DNA from: Chiloscyllium plagiosum
Taxonomy: Eukaryota
DNA length: 64,000 nucleotides
Assembly: GCF_004010195.1 (NCBI RefSeq)
Contig: NC_057752.1
Coordinates: 6,566,811 to 6,630,810 of the forward strand
Direction of reading: 5' to 3'
Positions 51,714-64,000 of the stretch are shown piece by piece; the stretch's first letter is position 1; each line of letters begins with the position of its first letter. The position numbers were made by a program, and so were the translations under genes. Under the pieces are notes generated by a model. It saw nothing but the letters and a program-made list of their open reading frames with translations, searched no databases and was not told the DNA's origin.

Positions 51714-52260
51714 ACTCATTGGTGAGGCCACTTTTAGAATACTGCATACAGTTCTGGTTGCTCTGCTATAGGAAGGATGTTATTAAATTGGAAAGGGTGC
51801 AGGAAAGATCTACTGGGATGTTACTGGGACTGGAGGGCTCGTGTTGGAAGAAGAGGCTGGATAGGCTGGGGCTTTTTCCCTGGAATGTAGGAGGTTGAGG
51901 GGTGACCCTGTATAAAGGTTTATAAAATAATGAGGGGCATAGATAATGAGAATAGCCAGGTCTTCTTCCCAGAGTAGGGGAGTCCAAAACTAGAGGACAT
52001 AGGTTGAAGGTTAGGGAGAAAGATTTAAAAGGGTTCTGAGGGGCAACTTTTTCACACAGAGGGTGGTGTGCATATGGAATGAGCTGCCAGAGGAAGTGGT
52101 GGAGGTGAGTACAATTGCAGCATTTAAAAGACAATTAGACAGGTATATGAATAGGAAAGGTTTAGAGGGATATGAGCCAAACAGGCAAATGGGACTAGTT
52201 TTAGTTATGGTCGGTATGGATGAGTTGGACTGTTTTCGTGCTGTAAGACTCTATAACTCT
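51714..52260 (+). mobile_element. HER1 LINE 3' fragment
   Basis: LVRPLLEYCIQFW..RKDVIKLERVQ and WNELPEEVVEV. Confidence 0.9.
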
Positions 52261-55200
52261 AAACATTGTTTTTTTGTCAAAGAATGCACAGCACCAAGCT
52301 TGGGTTTGATCAATGTCCCATCCCCAGTATGGCCTTGACTGCAGACCCAAAGCCACATACAGCAGCAAGTCTACTTGTGGTGACAGGAGCAAGAGACAAT
52401 AAGTGGCTCCCTTGCAGTCATGCAATGTTACTGGACTTGGAATCCAGAAATAGGAGTTCAAATCCCACCATAACAATTAATGAACTGAAAGATCTCAGTG
52501 AGGATGATCATTAAACTACTGGCTCATTAACTTATTTTCGGGAAGGAAATCTGTCATCCTTTAACTGGTTTAGCCAACATGTAGTTCCAAACACGTGGTT
52601 GAGTCTTAACTACCCACTGTAATGGTTTAGCAAGCCACTCAATTGTGGCTACAGAAAACTGCCACAGAGATTAAAAAAAATACTCTGGGTGTTCCTACAC
52701 CACACAAACTCCAGCAGTTCAAGGACAATTAGGGACAGGCAATAAATGTTAAGCTTACCAATAATATTCAAATCCCAAAAGGAACACTTTAAAAAATAGA
52801 GCACCCAGTTAAGGACAGAATGTTCTTACCAAGGATGGCTGGAGAATTTGATTAGATCTATTGTCATGATTTAAGTTTGAACTGTTTAGGCTTCTGGAGT
52901 TGGCTGTCCGACCGAGTAAACTGCAGAAGCAACAAATGTCGGTCAGTCACAACCCAGGATTGCCAAATCTGACATCGCACAGTATTGTGAATATTCAGAA
53001 ATCACTCTTTCCCCCTGACAGGAAAAGTGGTTCATGAGTGAAAGCAAAATCAATTCACACCAATGAAAGGCAACTAACTGAAACAAACTTTCATCTTCCT
53101 GTTTACAGCACTCATGTAAAACAACAAGACTATAAACATAATAGGATTTAGACTAAACTCTTAAACACAACCTGTACAATCTTTTGACACTGCTAGTCAC
53201 TGAAGTGAAAAGTATTTTCTCACAATCTTAGCTCTGGGCCCTGGATTCTGGCCCAACCCAAATAGCAGGGTGAGATCATGCACTGCACACAACTCCAGCT
53301 ACCACAGATCAGATTCAATGAGTGGCAGCAATGTCATCCATGCTACCTACAGCCACAGAAACCCAGAGTGGCAGAGCAAGCTTTCTAACAGTCAGGCACC
53401 GGAATCCAGCATCAGTCATGGGCTGGATATACTGGTCAGAAGGAAACTTACAAAGAAAACAAATCTTCTTGGTGATTCTGAATACATTCTGTTCCTAGAA
53501 ATGCCCTCCTCATGAGAAGGGGGTTCTGAGCCCTTCAGGATTTGCTTAGAAAATAAATATCATTTCCTAATGGTTCAGTGATTAAATGCATTACTGAACA
53601 TGGTACAGTGTACAAGTCAGAGCCTGATCAATGTTAAATGATTTTCAGGCTGGGTAGGGGCTGAGATAAATGATCATTGGAAGAGGGAACAGGGGCAACG
53701 CTACAGCTGATCTTACAGCTTTTAGCCAAGGACTGACAGAATACTATCCAACGAGCCCTATGGAATATGCATAAGAGAGAACATTCTGGGGATGATGGTG
53801 TGGAGGGAGCTTCATAACCACCCAATCCCAGAGATTCAATCTCTGTTCCCTTGTCTCCATCAACTTTGCTGGTAGAGGTTGAACCATGGGAATGAGGGAA
53901 CAGAAATCAGCCCTAATTCCTACTCTGAATGCCTACCCTGTTAAGAAAAAGTGTGTGTAAATGTCAATTAAGGCTTGACTGTGAGGTTTCCAGTTCAAAT
54001 TGTCAGCAACAGGTATCGAGAAGAGTAGGAGAGACATTGGAAGCCCCCGGAATTGTACCATATGGGAGAAAAGAATGGTGGCGTGGGTGAGGAGGTAGAA
54101 TCTCACGGGCGAATCCTGTGTATAAAGTAATCCAGCGATGGTTCTGTAGATTTAACATTGGGCCATAGACTGAGAAGATATAAAAGGGATGATGCTGTGG
54201 TCAGAGAATCCGTGTAAATGGCTGTTGTGGAGAGAGAGGTGATCTCTGACCACAATCAGCACGTATATGAATGTCATCAGGGTCACAAATATTCCAATGG
54301 GAGGAAAGTGTTTTGTTGGAGAGTCATTTGCATCAAATCTTGTTGTTGGCACGTTTGCTCGCAAAGTGAAATGAGTGAGAATTTCAGTCAAAGAACATCA
54401 TGGTGTATCAACTTGACCAGGGCATGAGAACCAAGCTAACTGCAGCTGAAAAGACAAACAGCCTTGGCTCAGTTCGGTTCTCAACGTGGCTCAGTCTTTA
54501 TTGGTTGTACACCTGTTCCTGAGTCTTGTTTACTTTTTCAGCAACGATGTAGATAAACAGATTACTGCAATGAGTCAGCATGCACCCATTCAGGTGCCGA
54601 TCCTGAACAGAAAGGCCTCTTTACAGAAAGTTACATCTGGATTCACCAGTCCCTCACATTAAACCATCATTGTAGCAGTGTTACAATACATAATGGAAAA
54701 CCTTCTCTTTCAGGCAATGATCCCATAGCAATCCCAGTTTATCAGTCCCCAACACAAAGATCTCTCTTTCCATTGTGACAAATTAAACAAGTCGCCAAAC
54801 TGAAATGGAAACCAGTGAATGCAGGAGTGAAGGGCATTCCTTACACATCAGTGCAACAGGCAAGTAAAGAAAGCTTCATGCAAATAGCTGATTATAATAC
54901 AACACATCACATCCTAGGCTTGGTCAATTTTCAAACATTCAATAATTTTAAAGTGCTTGTGCTAAAGATCATCAATTCTCAGCTGATATTTTGCATTGCC
55001 GGTAGCAGAATCCGATCCTGTCCTCACCATCTCCACACATGCCCATTTAGCCGATAGTAAGAAGCAGGCAAGAAATCTAGATAACTTTCCTCCACCTTCT
55101 CCACAACACTGCTTCCCCCCACCCCCCCAATCTCCAAAGCTAATTGTTGCACATCTATTGGTGCCTTAAGCCACCACATAAATGTGGTCATTGAACTTGT

Positions 55201-55365
55201 GACTCCCCAAGTCTATGGAGCAGTTGCTTATCTTTAAAATAAATCCCACCTCACGTGTTAAAACGGATTTGTGTTTCATTTCTGGTTGGAATCCCACTCT
55301 TCCATTTAATTGGTGTAAATGGTTCAAAGTGAATGTGGTTACATTTTGAAACCAAATGTGACATT

Positions 55366-55633
55366 AGACAATACAATACAACACAGGAACAGGTCCCTCG
55401 GCCCACCAAGCTGGTGTCAATTCCTAATCCTTACTTAGACCCGCTACTTATTGCCCATGCGTGATATCTATCCCTCTGTTTGGCTCCCATTCATATGTCT
55501 ATCAAGATATACCTTAAACATTGCTAATATGCCTTTTTCCACCACATCCACTGGCAGTGCTTTCCAGGCACCCACCACCTTCTGTGTGAAATATTTTTCC
55601 CATACTTCCCTCCCCCGCCCCCCACCAAACCTT
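55366..55633 (-). mobile_element. CR1 LINE 3' end running into the gap
   Basis: The minus strand encodes a FTQKVVGAWKALPVDVVE-like motif and ends in a (TATTG)n tail. Confidence 0.8.
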
Positions 55634-56133
55634 NNNNNNNNNNNNNNNNNNNNNNNNNNNNNNNNNNNNNNNNNNNNNNNNNNNNNNNNNNNNNNNNNNN
55701 NNNNNNNNNNNNNNNNNNNNNNNNNNNNNNNNNNNNNNNNNNNNNNNNNNNNNNNNNNNNNNNNNNNNNNNNNNNNNNNNNNNNNNNNNNNNNNNNNNNN
55801 NNNNNNNNNNNNNNNNNNNNNNNNNNNNNNNNNNNNNNNNNNNNNNNNNNNNNNNNNNNNNNNNNNNNNNNNNNNNNNNNNNNNNNNNNNNNNNNNNNNN
55901 NNNNNNNNNNNNNNNNNNNNNNNNNNNNNNNNNNNNNNNNNNNNNNNNNNNNNNNNNNNNNNNNNNNNNNNNNNNNNNNNNNNNNNNNNNNNNNNNNNNN
56001 NNNNNNNNNNNNNNNNNNNNNNNNNNNNNNNNNNNNNNNNNNNNNNNNNNNNNNNNNNNNNNNNNNNNNNNNNNNNNNNNNNNNNNNNNNNNNNNNNNNN
56101 NNNNNNNNNNNNNNNNNNNNNNNNNNNNNNNNN
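55634..56133. other. Assembly gap (exactly 500 N)
   Basis: Run of N of round-number length. The LINE on the left does not resume on the right. Confidence 1.
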
Positions 56134-57688
56134 ACTTCTACATTTGAACCCAAATAATCATATTATAACCTTCATCACAAAGATTTTGTTTCATTGTTTA
56201 TGCGATGTGTGCATTGCTGGCACTTATTATCTGTCCTGAATTTCACAGAGGGCAGTTAAGACTCAACCACATTTCTGTGGATCTGAAGTCACATGTAGGC
56301 CAGACCAAGTAAGGATGGCAGATTTCCTTCCCTAAGGGACATGAGTCATTCAGATGGGTAACTATGACAATACTCAATAGTTACACAGTTGCCATTAGGC
56401 AAGTTTTGATTTCCAGTTGTTTTTTTAAATTCAAATTTCACCATGTGTTATGGCAGGATTCAAACCTATATCCTAGAACAATAGCCTGGGAAATTACTAG
56501 TCTCGTGACATTACCAATAAATCACCATCTCCTCTGGAAGCTAAACAAAGTAACAGCTCATGGTATGGGGGTAATATAATAGGTGTAGATAGAGAATTGG
56601 TTAGTTAACAGGAAGCAGAGGGGAAGGATAAAGCATCATTTTTGGACTGGCAGCCTGTTACTTGTGATCTGCCACAAGATCAGTGATGGAGCCTCAACTA
56701 TTTACAATCTATATCAATGGCAGGTGAAGGGACTAAATGTACGATTGGCAAATTTGTTGACAACAAACTTAGGTAGGAAAGCAAGTTGGTAAGAGTTTTT
56801 AAAAAAAAAAGTCTACAAAGGGTCATAGGTTAAGTGAATAAGTAAAATTTGACGGAGTGTAATGTGGAGAAATGTGAACTTATCTATTTTAGCAGGAAGA
56901 ATAGAAAGCAATATGTTGTTTAAATAGAGACAATTATACAGACAAATTTGGGTGTCCTGATCCTTGAATCCAGGATAATGATGAAAGTTTAATACAATTA
57001 AATGGTTGGTTTAATTTGATCAAAATGGGTCTGATCAAAATTAAGAACTGCATACGAGTCCTTAATGAATGGAGCCACGGGTTGTAGTCCCTTTGTTTGG
57101 AAGAAGGATGATCAGTGTCGTATAGAGTGAAGATAATGTGATTTCAGGGTTTGTGGTTTGACAATATTGAATATTAGGAAAGTGCTCCCTAGCAGGTATG
57201 GAAATGATTGCAGATGAACTTGGGACCATTTCCTTTTAAAATGTGCTGTGAGGTTATTTGCAGAATTACAGAATTGTTACAGTGCAGAAAGAGGCAGTTC
57301 GGTCTGTCATGTCTGTGTGAGTTCTTGGAAAGAGCATCTCGTTTCCAGAACGACAGTATTATGAAAATATGGCCGAGGAATAAGAAGGACAATATAAAGA
57401 CCACAATACTCCACATAATATATGAACTGCCTTTTGGTCTTTCCCCATTTTGTTAGGAATACAAAAATATTTAGGAATCGTGATAATCGGAAAATTGAAC
57501 TGTTTGGACATTCCAGGGTTGAAGAGAGAGATTTATCATGTGATTTCTTGGAAATGAAAAGTCAGGAACGGAGAAGAACTGTAGGTGATTTGCTGTTTGC
57601 CAGAAAAGCAAATACTTTTCGGAAATGAGATAAGCCAAAACATTTGGGAAGATATTGCTTTTGTGTCCTTGAGGGAAATCCTAGCATC

Positions 57689-58530
57689 TAGAACACAGAG
57701 AACATAGAACGTTACAGCGCAGTACAGGCCCTTCGGCCCTCAATATTGTGCCGACCTGTGAAACTCTGATGCCCATCTAACCTATACCGTTCCATTATTA
57801 TCCATATGTCTATCCAATGCCTATTTAAATGCCCTTAAAGCCAGCGAGTCGACTGCTGTTGCAGGCAGGCCATTCCACACCCCTATTACTGAGCGAAGAA
57901 ACTACCCCTAATATCAGTCCTAAATCTATCGCCCCTGAGTTTAAAGCTATGTCTCCTCGTGTTAGCCTTCACTTCCGAGGAAAAAAGGGCCTCGCTGTCC
58001 ACCCTATGTAACGCTCTGATTATCTTATTCGTCTCGATTAAGTCACCTCTCAACCACCTTCTCTCCAATGAAAACAGCTTCAGTTCCCTCAGCCTTTTGT
58101 CGTAAGACCTCCCTTCCACACCAGGCAACATCCCAGTAAATCTTCTCTGAATCCTTTCCAAAGCTTCCACATCCTTCCTACAATGTGGTGACCAAAACTG
58201 CATGCAATACTCCAGGTGTGGCCTTACCAGTGTCTTGTACAGCTGAAGCATGACCTCGCGGCTCCGAAACTCAATCCCTCCACCAATAAAACGCCAAACC
58301 ACCATATGCCTTCTTAACAACTCTATCAACCTGGGTGGCAACTTTGAGGGATTTATGCACCTGGACACTGAGATCCCTCTGTTCATCTACACTGCCAAGA
58401 ATTTTACTATTAGCCCAGTACTCTGCATTCCTATCACTTCTTCCGAAGTGAACTACCTTACACTTTTCCGCATTAAACTCCATTGGCCACTTCTCAGCCC
58501 AGCTCTGCATCTTCTCTATGTCCTTCTATA
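57689..58530 (-). mobile_element. CR1 LINE 3' part (young)
   Basis: WAEKWPMEFNAEKC, LYKTLVRPHLEYCMQFWSP and LFSLERRWLRGDLIE. (TTCTATG)n-type tail. Confidence 0.93.
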
Positions 58531-58534
58531 ACCC

Positions 58535-59345
58535 ATCTATGCTGCCATTTCCCAGCAATAGCCTCTGGATGTTCGGTTTCAGTTTTAGATTAGATTAGAT
58601 TAGATTCCCCACAGTGTGGAAACAGGCCCTTCGGCCCAACAAGTCCACACTGACCCACCGAAGCGTAACCCACCCAGACCCATTCCCCTGTTTTGTCACA
58701 GACTTGGGAGTGGTTGGCATTTTGAAGAAATATGTCAGGAGGAAAAACATCTCCCCCTCTTTCTCTCTGTGAGTAAAAGAAAACACACAAAAGAAAACAA
58801 GCTGAAGTGGTATCTGTCGTCCTTTTTTTTTCTGGGAATTGTAGGCGTTCCAGCAACCAGGATCTTTGATGCCCTCAAACTCTGAAAGCTGAACTGTTAA
58901 TTCCATTTGACCTGTGGGTCTTCTATCACTCTGGGACCAACAGGAGACGACTTCTCCCTTTTGGTTTGGACTTGGAACCACAAGGATGTGTTTTCCTAAT
59001 ATTTTTCCACGTAATACTTCTGCATAGCTGTGTTTTATATTGTCTGTGTTTAAATGCCTGAGAGTTAGGATTAAAGGGGGTGGATATGGTTTCATTCTGT
59101 GTAGTAACTTAGTTGATAACCAATTTTGTCACTTGCTTAAAGATTGTTTTGTTTTTTATTTTGAATAAATGAGTTTGGTTTTATTGAAGAAATCTTGTGA
59201 AAGTTGTTTTTGTTTTCAATAACAGTAATAAAAAGAAATCTATTAACAATTTTGGTTTGATGGGGCTTTATTTCCAGCACACACTTCCTGTCAGATTTGT
59301 AATACTTTCTCTGTATTGTCTTTTTCCTCCTTAGTTCTGGTAACA
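58535..59345 (+). mobile_element. LTR-like fragment with a truncated HE1 SINE (58587-58690, -)
   Basis: AATAAA at 59164 and a terminal GGTAACA at 59345. HE1 3' end with (TAGAT)n. The 5' boundary is uncertain. Confidence 0.4.
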
Positions 59346-59653
59346 CTATATTGTACATCACAGTAATGCATTATTTATCGACATTGGCATGACAAAAGCG
59401 CAGTACTTTGGATGCTGGAAATCTGTAATAAAATCTGAAGTGTTGGTAGTATTCAAAAGGTCAGGCAGCAACTGTGGACAGAGGAGAGTTCATGATTTAG
59501 ATTAATGACAGTTCAGGTGCCATGCCCACCATGGGTTGACCATGAGAGAGTCCTGCAAGAATTATAAATTCAGTTAATTGATTCCCAGTGCAATTCCCCC
59601 TTCAAAGAAAGGTACAATTCAAAAACAGTCTGAAGTCATTTTCCTGTGTGTGA

Positions 59654-59896
59654 TGACAGATATTTTCCCTGCTGGAATACAATGAATCTTGTGACAGATT
59701 GTAGTTACCTGGCTAGCATCCCAGCCCCTTTTTTTTTTACTGCAGATTTCCACAATGACATTGGATTTTAATACTGACAGATATTTTCCCTGCTGGAATA
59801 CAATGAATCTTGTGACAGATTGTAGTTACCTGGCTAGCATCCCAGCCCCTTTTTTTTTACTGCAGATTTCCACAATGACATTGGATTTTAATACTG
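59654..59896. repeat. ~121-bp tandem duplication
   Basis: TGACAGATATTTTCCCTGC...GGATTTTAATACTG occurs at 59654 and 59775. The copies differ only by one T in the poly-T run. Confidence 0.95.
59866..59891 (+). CDS. Candidate terminal coding exon (xFHNDIGF*) of an unidentified gene
   Basis: Acceptor CCCC(T)nACTGCAG, phase-1 frame ending in TAA, T-rich downstream sequence and AATAAA near 60188. No homology recognised. Confidence 0.25.
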
Positions 59897-61135
59897 TTGT
59901 TTTTAAAAAAAAAGTAACAAGCTGCATTGAGGATGTGACAAATGGGTACTGGTTTGATTTCACTGTTGTGATACATCAGTATGATGGTATCATGATCATA
60001 AAGGTTTTGTTGCTCCCAAAATTTGTCTTAATTCTTAGGTGTTTGTATAAAAGACCATAATGCTCAAGAAACCATTTCTACACCTAGACGTCACCTTTGA
60101 ACTGAAAAGTTTGCGTAGTTTTGTTAGAATTGTAGTAGTTCAGTTACTTTTTGTCTTTATGATGGAACCTTTTGGGGAAATCAGTGGAAATAAAAATGAT
60201 TTATTGGATTGTGTAGCCAATGTACACCATAGAAAAGCTATGCCATTGGATGAAACTGTTGATATTGTTGTGTCTGAGCGGTCAAAAAATATTCTGTCCA
60301 TAGTCTTGCAAGTCACAGAGCTTCAGGTGCAGATTCAATTCCTTTTTTTTAAAAAAACTGAGTTGAGGGTTTCTGCTTCAACCAGAAACTGGACAGCACA
60401 TTCCAGGCACAGGCTACCCTCTGAGTGAAAAGAGTTTTTCCTTGTGTCCCTCTAGTCGTCCTACTAGTGACCTTAAATCAGTGCTCGATGTTAATTAACC
60501 TCTCTGCTGGGGGAAGCAGGTCTTCCTTGTCCACTCTCTGTAGGCCACTGATAAATTCGTACATCTGGATTCAGTCACCCCTTGGCCTCTTTTGTGTTAT
60601 GTCTTTTTGTACATTTTGATGTCTCCTAACTACCTGAATATGTGAATGCAAAAATACAGCTGTGGTGCAGTAGAGGAAGACAATGGCTGTGTTGACAAAG
60701 TTGAACTTAATTTAATAGTACTGCAGATTTAACAGTCCTTTTTTATTGTTGCACCTCAAGTCTGGGGTGCAGAAAATTGGGCAAGCTTTTTGTTCCGAAT
60801 TGTTGCTGAGCCCGGTTAGAAAGCGCACATATGTGAATGTTAATAACTATGGTGTGAAGCTTGGCTATAGTATGTAATGGTTACCTATTTTGTTGACACT
60901 TATGTTTGCAAAGAGCAGCTACTTTTGAGGTGCTGAAGCTCAGATTTCTTGGCTTAGTTGCGCAATTTGGGGGTGGAAGAGGTCTTTTTTTCCCATTGCT
61001 TTATATTTCTTGAATTTCCTCAGCTGCAAGGGTATCATGTGACTTAACATTAGCCAATGTCACTGAAACCAGCTGCTGAGAAACGTTCATGGTTTCTTGT
61101 TGCTTTTTTCCATTCCCCTCCGTTTCCTTTTTCAG

Positions 61136-61174
61136 CTCCTAGCCTTCGCTCACTTGTTCGTGACAGTGATTCAG
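61136..61174 (+). CDS. Candidate 39-nt internal exon of an unidentified gene
   Basis: ~40-nt pyrimidine tract ending TTTTTCAG, donor CAG|GTGAGA, length divisible by 3. Open in phase 1 (xPSLRSLVRDSDS) and phase 0 (LLAFAHLFVTVIQ). Confidence 0.5.
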
Positions 61175-61356
61175 GTGAGATGTGAAATTTATTGGATTAT
61201 CAAAACCCCAAGATATTACGTTATCCTGTAAATGGCCTTTAATATACAAAATACTAATGAGTGTGAACTGAGACCTAAGTAAGGAATTTGGTGAAAGAGC
61301 GATCTCTTTGGTCAGTATAACAGAAGGTGCCTTGCAGTGAACTGTTAGTCAGCTGA

Positions 61357-62048
61357 AAATCATTATTGATTTTTGGCAGGATGTTACTCATGCCCCCCTT
61401 ACACATTAACAGCACAGAGGTGGAATGAGTGGAGAGTGTCAGGCTCCTGGGAGTGGTCATCAACAATAAGCTTTCTTGGACTCTTCATGTGGACGCACTG
61501 GTTACAAGGCCCAACAACATCCCTTCTTCCTCAGGCAGCGGAGGAAATTTGGCATGATGGTGAATATCCTTGCCAACTTTTATAGGTGCGCCACCAAGAG
61601 CATTCTGTCTGGATGTCTCACTACCTGGTATGGCAACTGTACCATTCAAGATTGGAGACGGTTACAGAGAGTGGTGAACTTAGCCCAGACAATCACTAAG
61701 GCCAACCTCCCATCTATAGAATCCATCTACCAGGCCCGCTGTCAAGGAAAGGCCACCAGCATTTTCAAAGATCCATCCCACCCTGGCAATGTTTTTTTAC
61801 AACCTCTACCATCGGGGAGAAGGTACAGAAGCCTGAACACACGCACCAGCCAGTTTTGCAACAGTTTCTACCCTACTGTTTTTAGAATAGTGAATGGACT
61901 CTCAAACTCTTGACATTCGCCTGTACCTGTGTTTTGTTTTTGCCACTGTTTACCTATTATTTACTATCTATGCTATTTAATATGCTCGCAAGACAAAGCT
62001 TTTCACTATGTCTCGCTACACGTGACAATCAATTCAATTCAGTTCAAT
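61357..62048 (+). mobile_element. Rex1/Babar LINE 3' fragment
   Basis: ORF 61476..61913 closely matches 32771..33256. (TTCAA)n tail. Confidence 0.92.
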
Positions 62049-62279
62049 GGTTGCTCAATAAGTGTCTACTAGCAGTTGTAGCTTGAGTGAGTCATAGATT
62101 TTATATGTAAATACAGTGTTTTCTATTGCTTAGTGTTGGGAACTTGGTGTAGAGATGGAAAGAAGTGATGCTTTTTAATCTTTTTGTTTAGCCTCGAGGA
62201 ACGCAGAATATTCTTGTTTTCTTTCCAAGCTAGGGAACTGAAACTTTCCAATTAGTAAATCATAACTAATCAAAAAAAT

Positions 62280-64000
62280 TAGCTAGACAGACATGGCAAG
62301 GTGAGTAATGCGATGTGACTGCAACATGTGGGAGTTTGTGAAAGACATTGAAGTCCTAAATTACCGTATTTCCAATAAGTGTCTGCAGCTTAAGCAACTT
62401 GACTCGCTTGCTGAGCTGGATGCAATACAGGATAAGTAGGGTGAGAATGAATAGGTACTTTGTTCCAGGACAGGTGGTTTATGTAGATTTTCATGTTGGT
62501 TAATGGTCAGGGACAGGAGCATGTGACCTGAGAGTCAAGCAAGTATAGGGAATTCATCATGAAGCAATGGAAGAATCTTGGCCCTTGAAGCTATAACAGG
62601 TACAAGATACTTGCTACCAATGTGAATGAGAACAAGGACTTGAGGATGGATGAGCAACCTGATTCTAATACTTTGGTGCAGGATGCAATGCAAGTGTGGT
62701 AAGTGAGAAGAATTATGGTAGTCAGTCAGGAGGACAGTTCTGAAGCTTGTGTTATCTACCTAGTGCCAGGATTAAAGGCGTCATCTTATAATTGGCAATG
62801 AACTTGGAATACAAGGGTGAAGATCCAACAATCATGGCCCGTATAGTAACCAGTGATGTGTGTAGTCCTAGGTATGCCATTATGCTTTGAGGAGTTAGGA
62901 TGCATATTAACAGAACCTCCAAAGATTGGATGTGCCAACTGGCGTGTGGTAAAGCAAATTAGAGGGTTAAAAACATGGCTGAAAGAATGGTATGGAAGGG
63001 AGAGATTTTGGTTTGTGGCTTCCTTGCAGCAGTGTTTAGGGAGCTGTTCCTTTGGAATGGGGTCCTCTTCAACCTGACTGGAATCAGTGTCCTGGTGAAT
63101 CATAGAAATATGACCGTGGGATAGGGCTTTTAAAGTTGGGGTGAAAAGATGGGGTGGGAGGGTTCAGGTTGAGAGAGATGGAGAAATGTTAAGGCAATAG
63201 AAAAACGTAGCAGCACAGGACAGGCAAGAACTGAGTGCTTAATGGTAATAGAGCATCAGCAAATAAGGTTCAAACAAGAAAAGTGAATATGATTGCAAGA
63301 TGACCAAGATTAAACGAAAAGTGTTCAAAGGTGAATTCCATTCTGTCTTCGAAATGTTTTTTAAAAAAATGCAGAAGTAACCTGATAGTTCAGCATGATT
63401 TAAGGACATTAGTGAGAAGAAAATGGACCTTGGCTTGGATGATTAGTGGGTGGAGATGAGGAATGCCAAAGGTCAGGAAGTGTTGATGGGAGTGGTGTCC
63501 AGTGGATTCTGCAGGGACCAGTGTTGGGGTCTTTTCTGTTTGTAGGTTACATATAAACGATTTAGACTTGAATGCGAGATGGTGATCAGTAAATTCATGA
63601 ATGATAACAAAAATTGGTGGGGTTGCAAATAATGAGGAAGATAGCCTTAGATTACAGGAGGAAACAGAATGGTCAGGTGGGCTGATCAGTGGCAAATGGA
63701 ATTCAATCCAGATAAGTGTTTGGTGATGGCCTTGGGTAGGACAAACAAGGTGAGGGAGTGTATGATGGAATGGTAAGACCCTCTGAAGCACCGAGGACCA
63801 GAGGGACTTGAGTGTGCATGTCCACCAGTTCCTTAAGTTAACAGGATAGGTAGATAAAGCGGTCAAGAAGGCATGTGGTATATTTGCCTTTATTAACTGG
63901 AGTGCAGAATTTAAGAGCAGAAAGGTGATGCTGGAACTGTGTAAAATGTTGGTTAGGCCACAGCTAGAGTATTGTATGGAGTTCTGGAATCCACACAATA
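62280..64000 (+). mobile_element. Old CR1 LINE with ORF1 remnant and RT region, running off the window
   Basis: CDCNMWEFV..NKCLQL (ORF1 N-terminal Cys motif) and CYLPSARIK..YKGEDPTI (SGNH/esterase-like). From ~63460: INDLD..ISKFMNDNKIGG-like sequence, QWQMEFNPDKC and LVRPQLEYCMEFW. Confidence 0.8.

Noticed and set aside
56978..57034. C/D-box snoRNA-like ATGATGA...CTGA
   Set aside because: Short, with no terminal stem, no clear C'/D' boxes and no recognisable guide.
1..64000. CRISPR arrays, rRNA, true tRNA genes, operons or prokaryotic defence systems
   Set aside because: The DNA is vertebrate and repeat-rich. tRNA-like A/B boxes occur only in SINE heads, and no regularly spaced repeat-spacer array is present.

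Overview
Repeat-dominated vertebrate genomic DNA, almost certainly from an elasmobranch: HE1 SINEs with (AATCT)n tails and HER1/CR1 LINEs, and possibly a bamboo shark, which is inference. I can identify no complete protein-coding gene. Nearly every ORF in the supplied track is a decayed transposon frame, its antisense shadow, or an artefact of an N-gap. The window holds many CR1/HER1 LINE fragments, two Rex1/Babar LINEs, a Vingi-like LINE, Neptune- and Poseidon-type Penelope-like elements (PLEs), solo-LTR-like elements, a hAT-like insertion, several SINE families (including ancient DeuSINE-, AmnSINE2- and LF-SINE-like remnants) and two assembly gaps (257 N and 500 N). The most notable signals are: (i) minimal hammerhead-ribozyme motifs in the PLE 3' repeats, some inserted as TSD-flanked fold-back hairpins; (ii) a micro-inversion inside a PLE ORF; (iii) an LF-SINE-like remnant; (iv) two candidate plus-strand exons of an unidentified gene after the 500-N gap; (v) an orphan ~233-codon frame split by a 200-bp tandem duplication. 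Family names come from recalled motifs, not database searches. I found no convincing evidence of a wholly new biological system.
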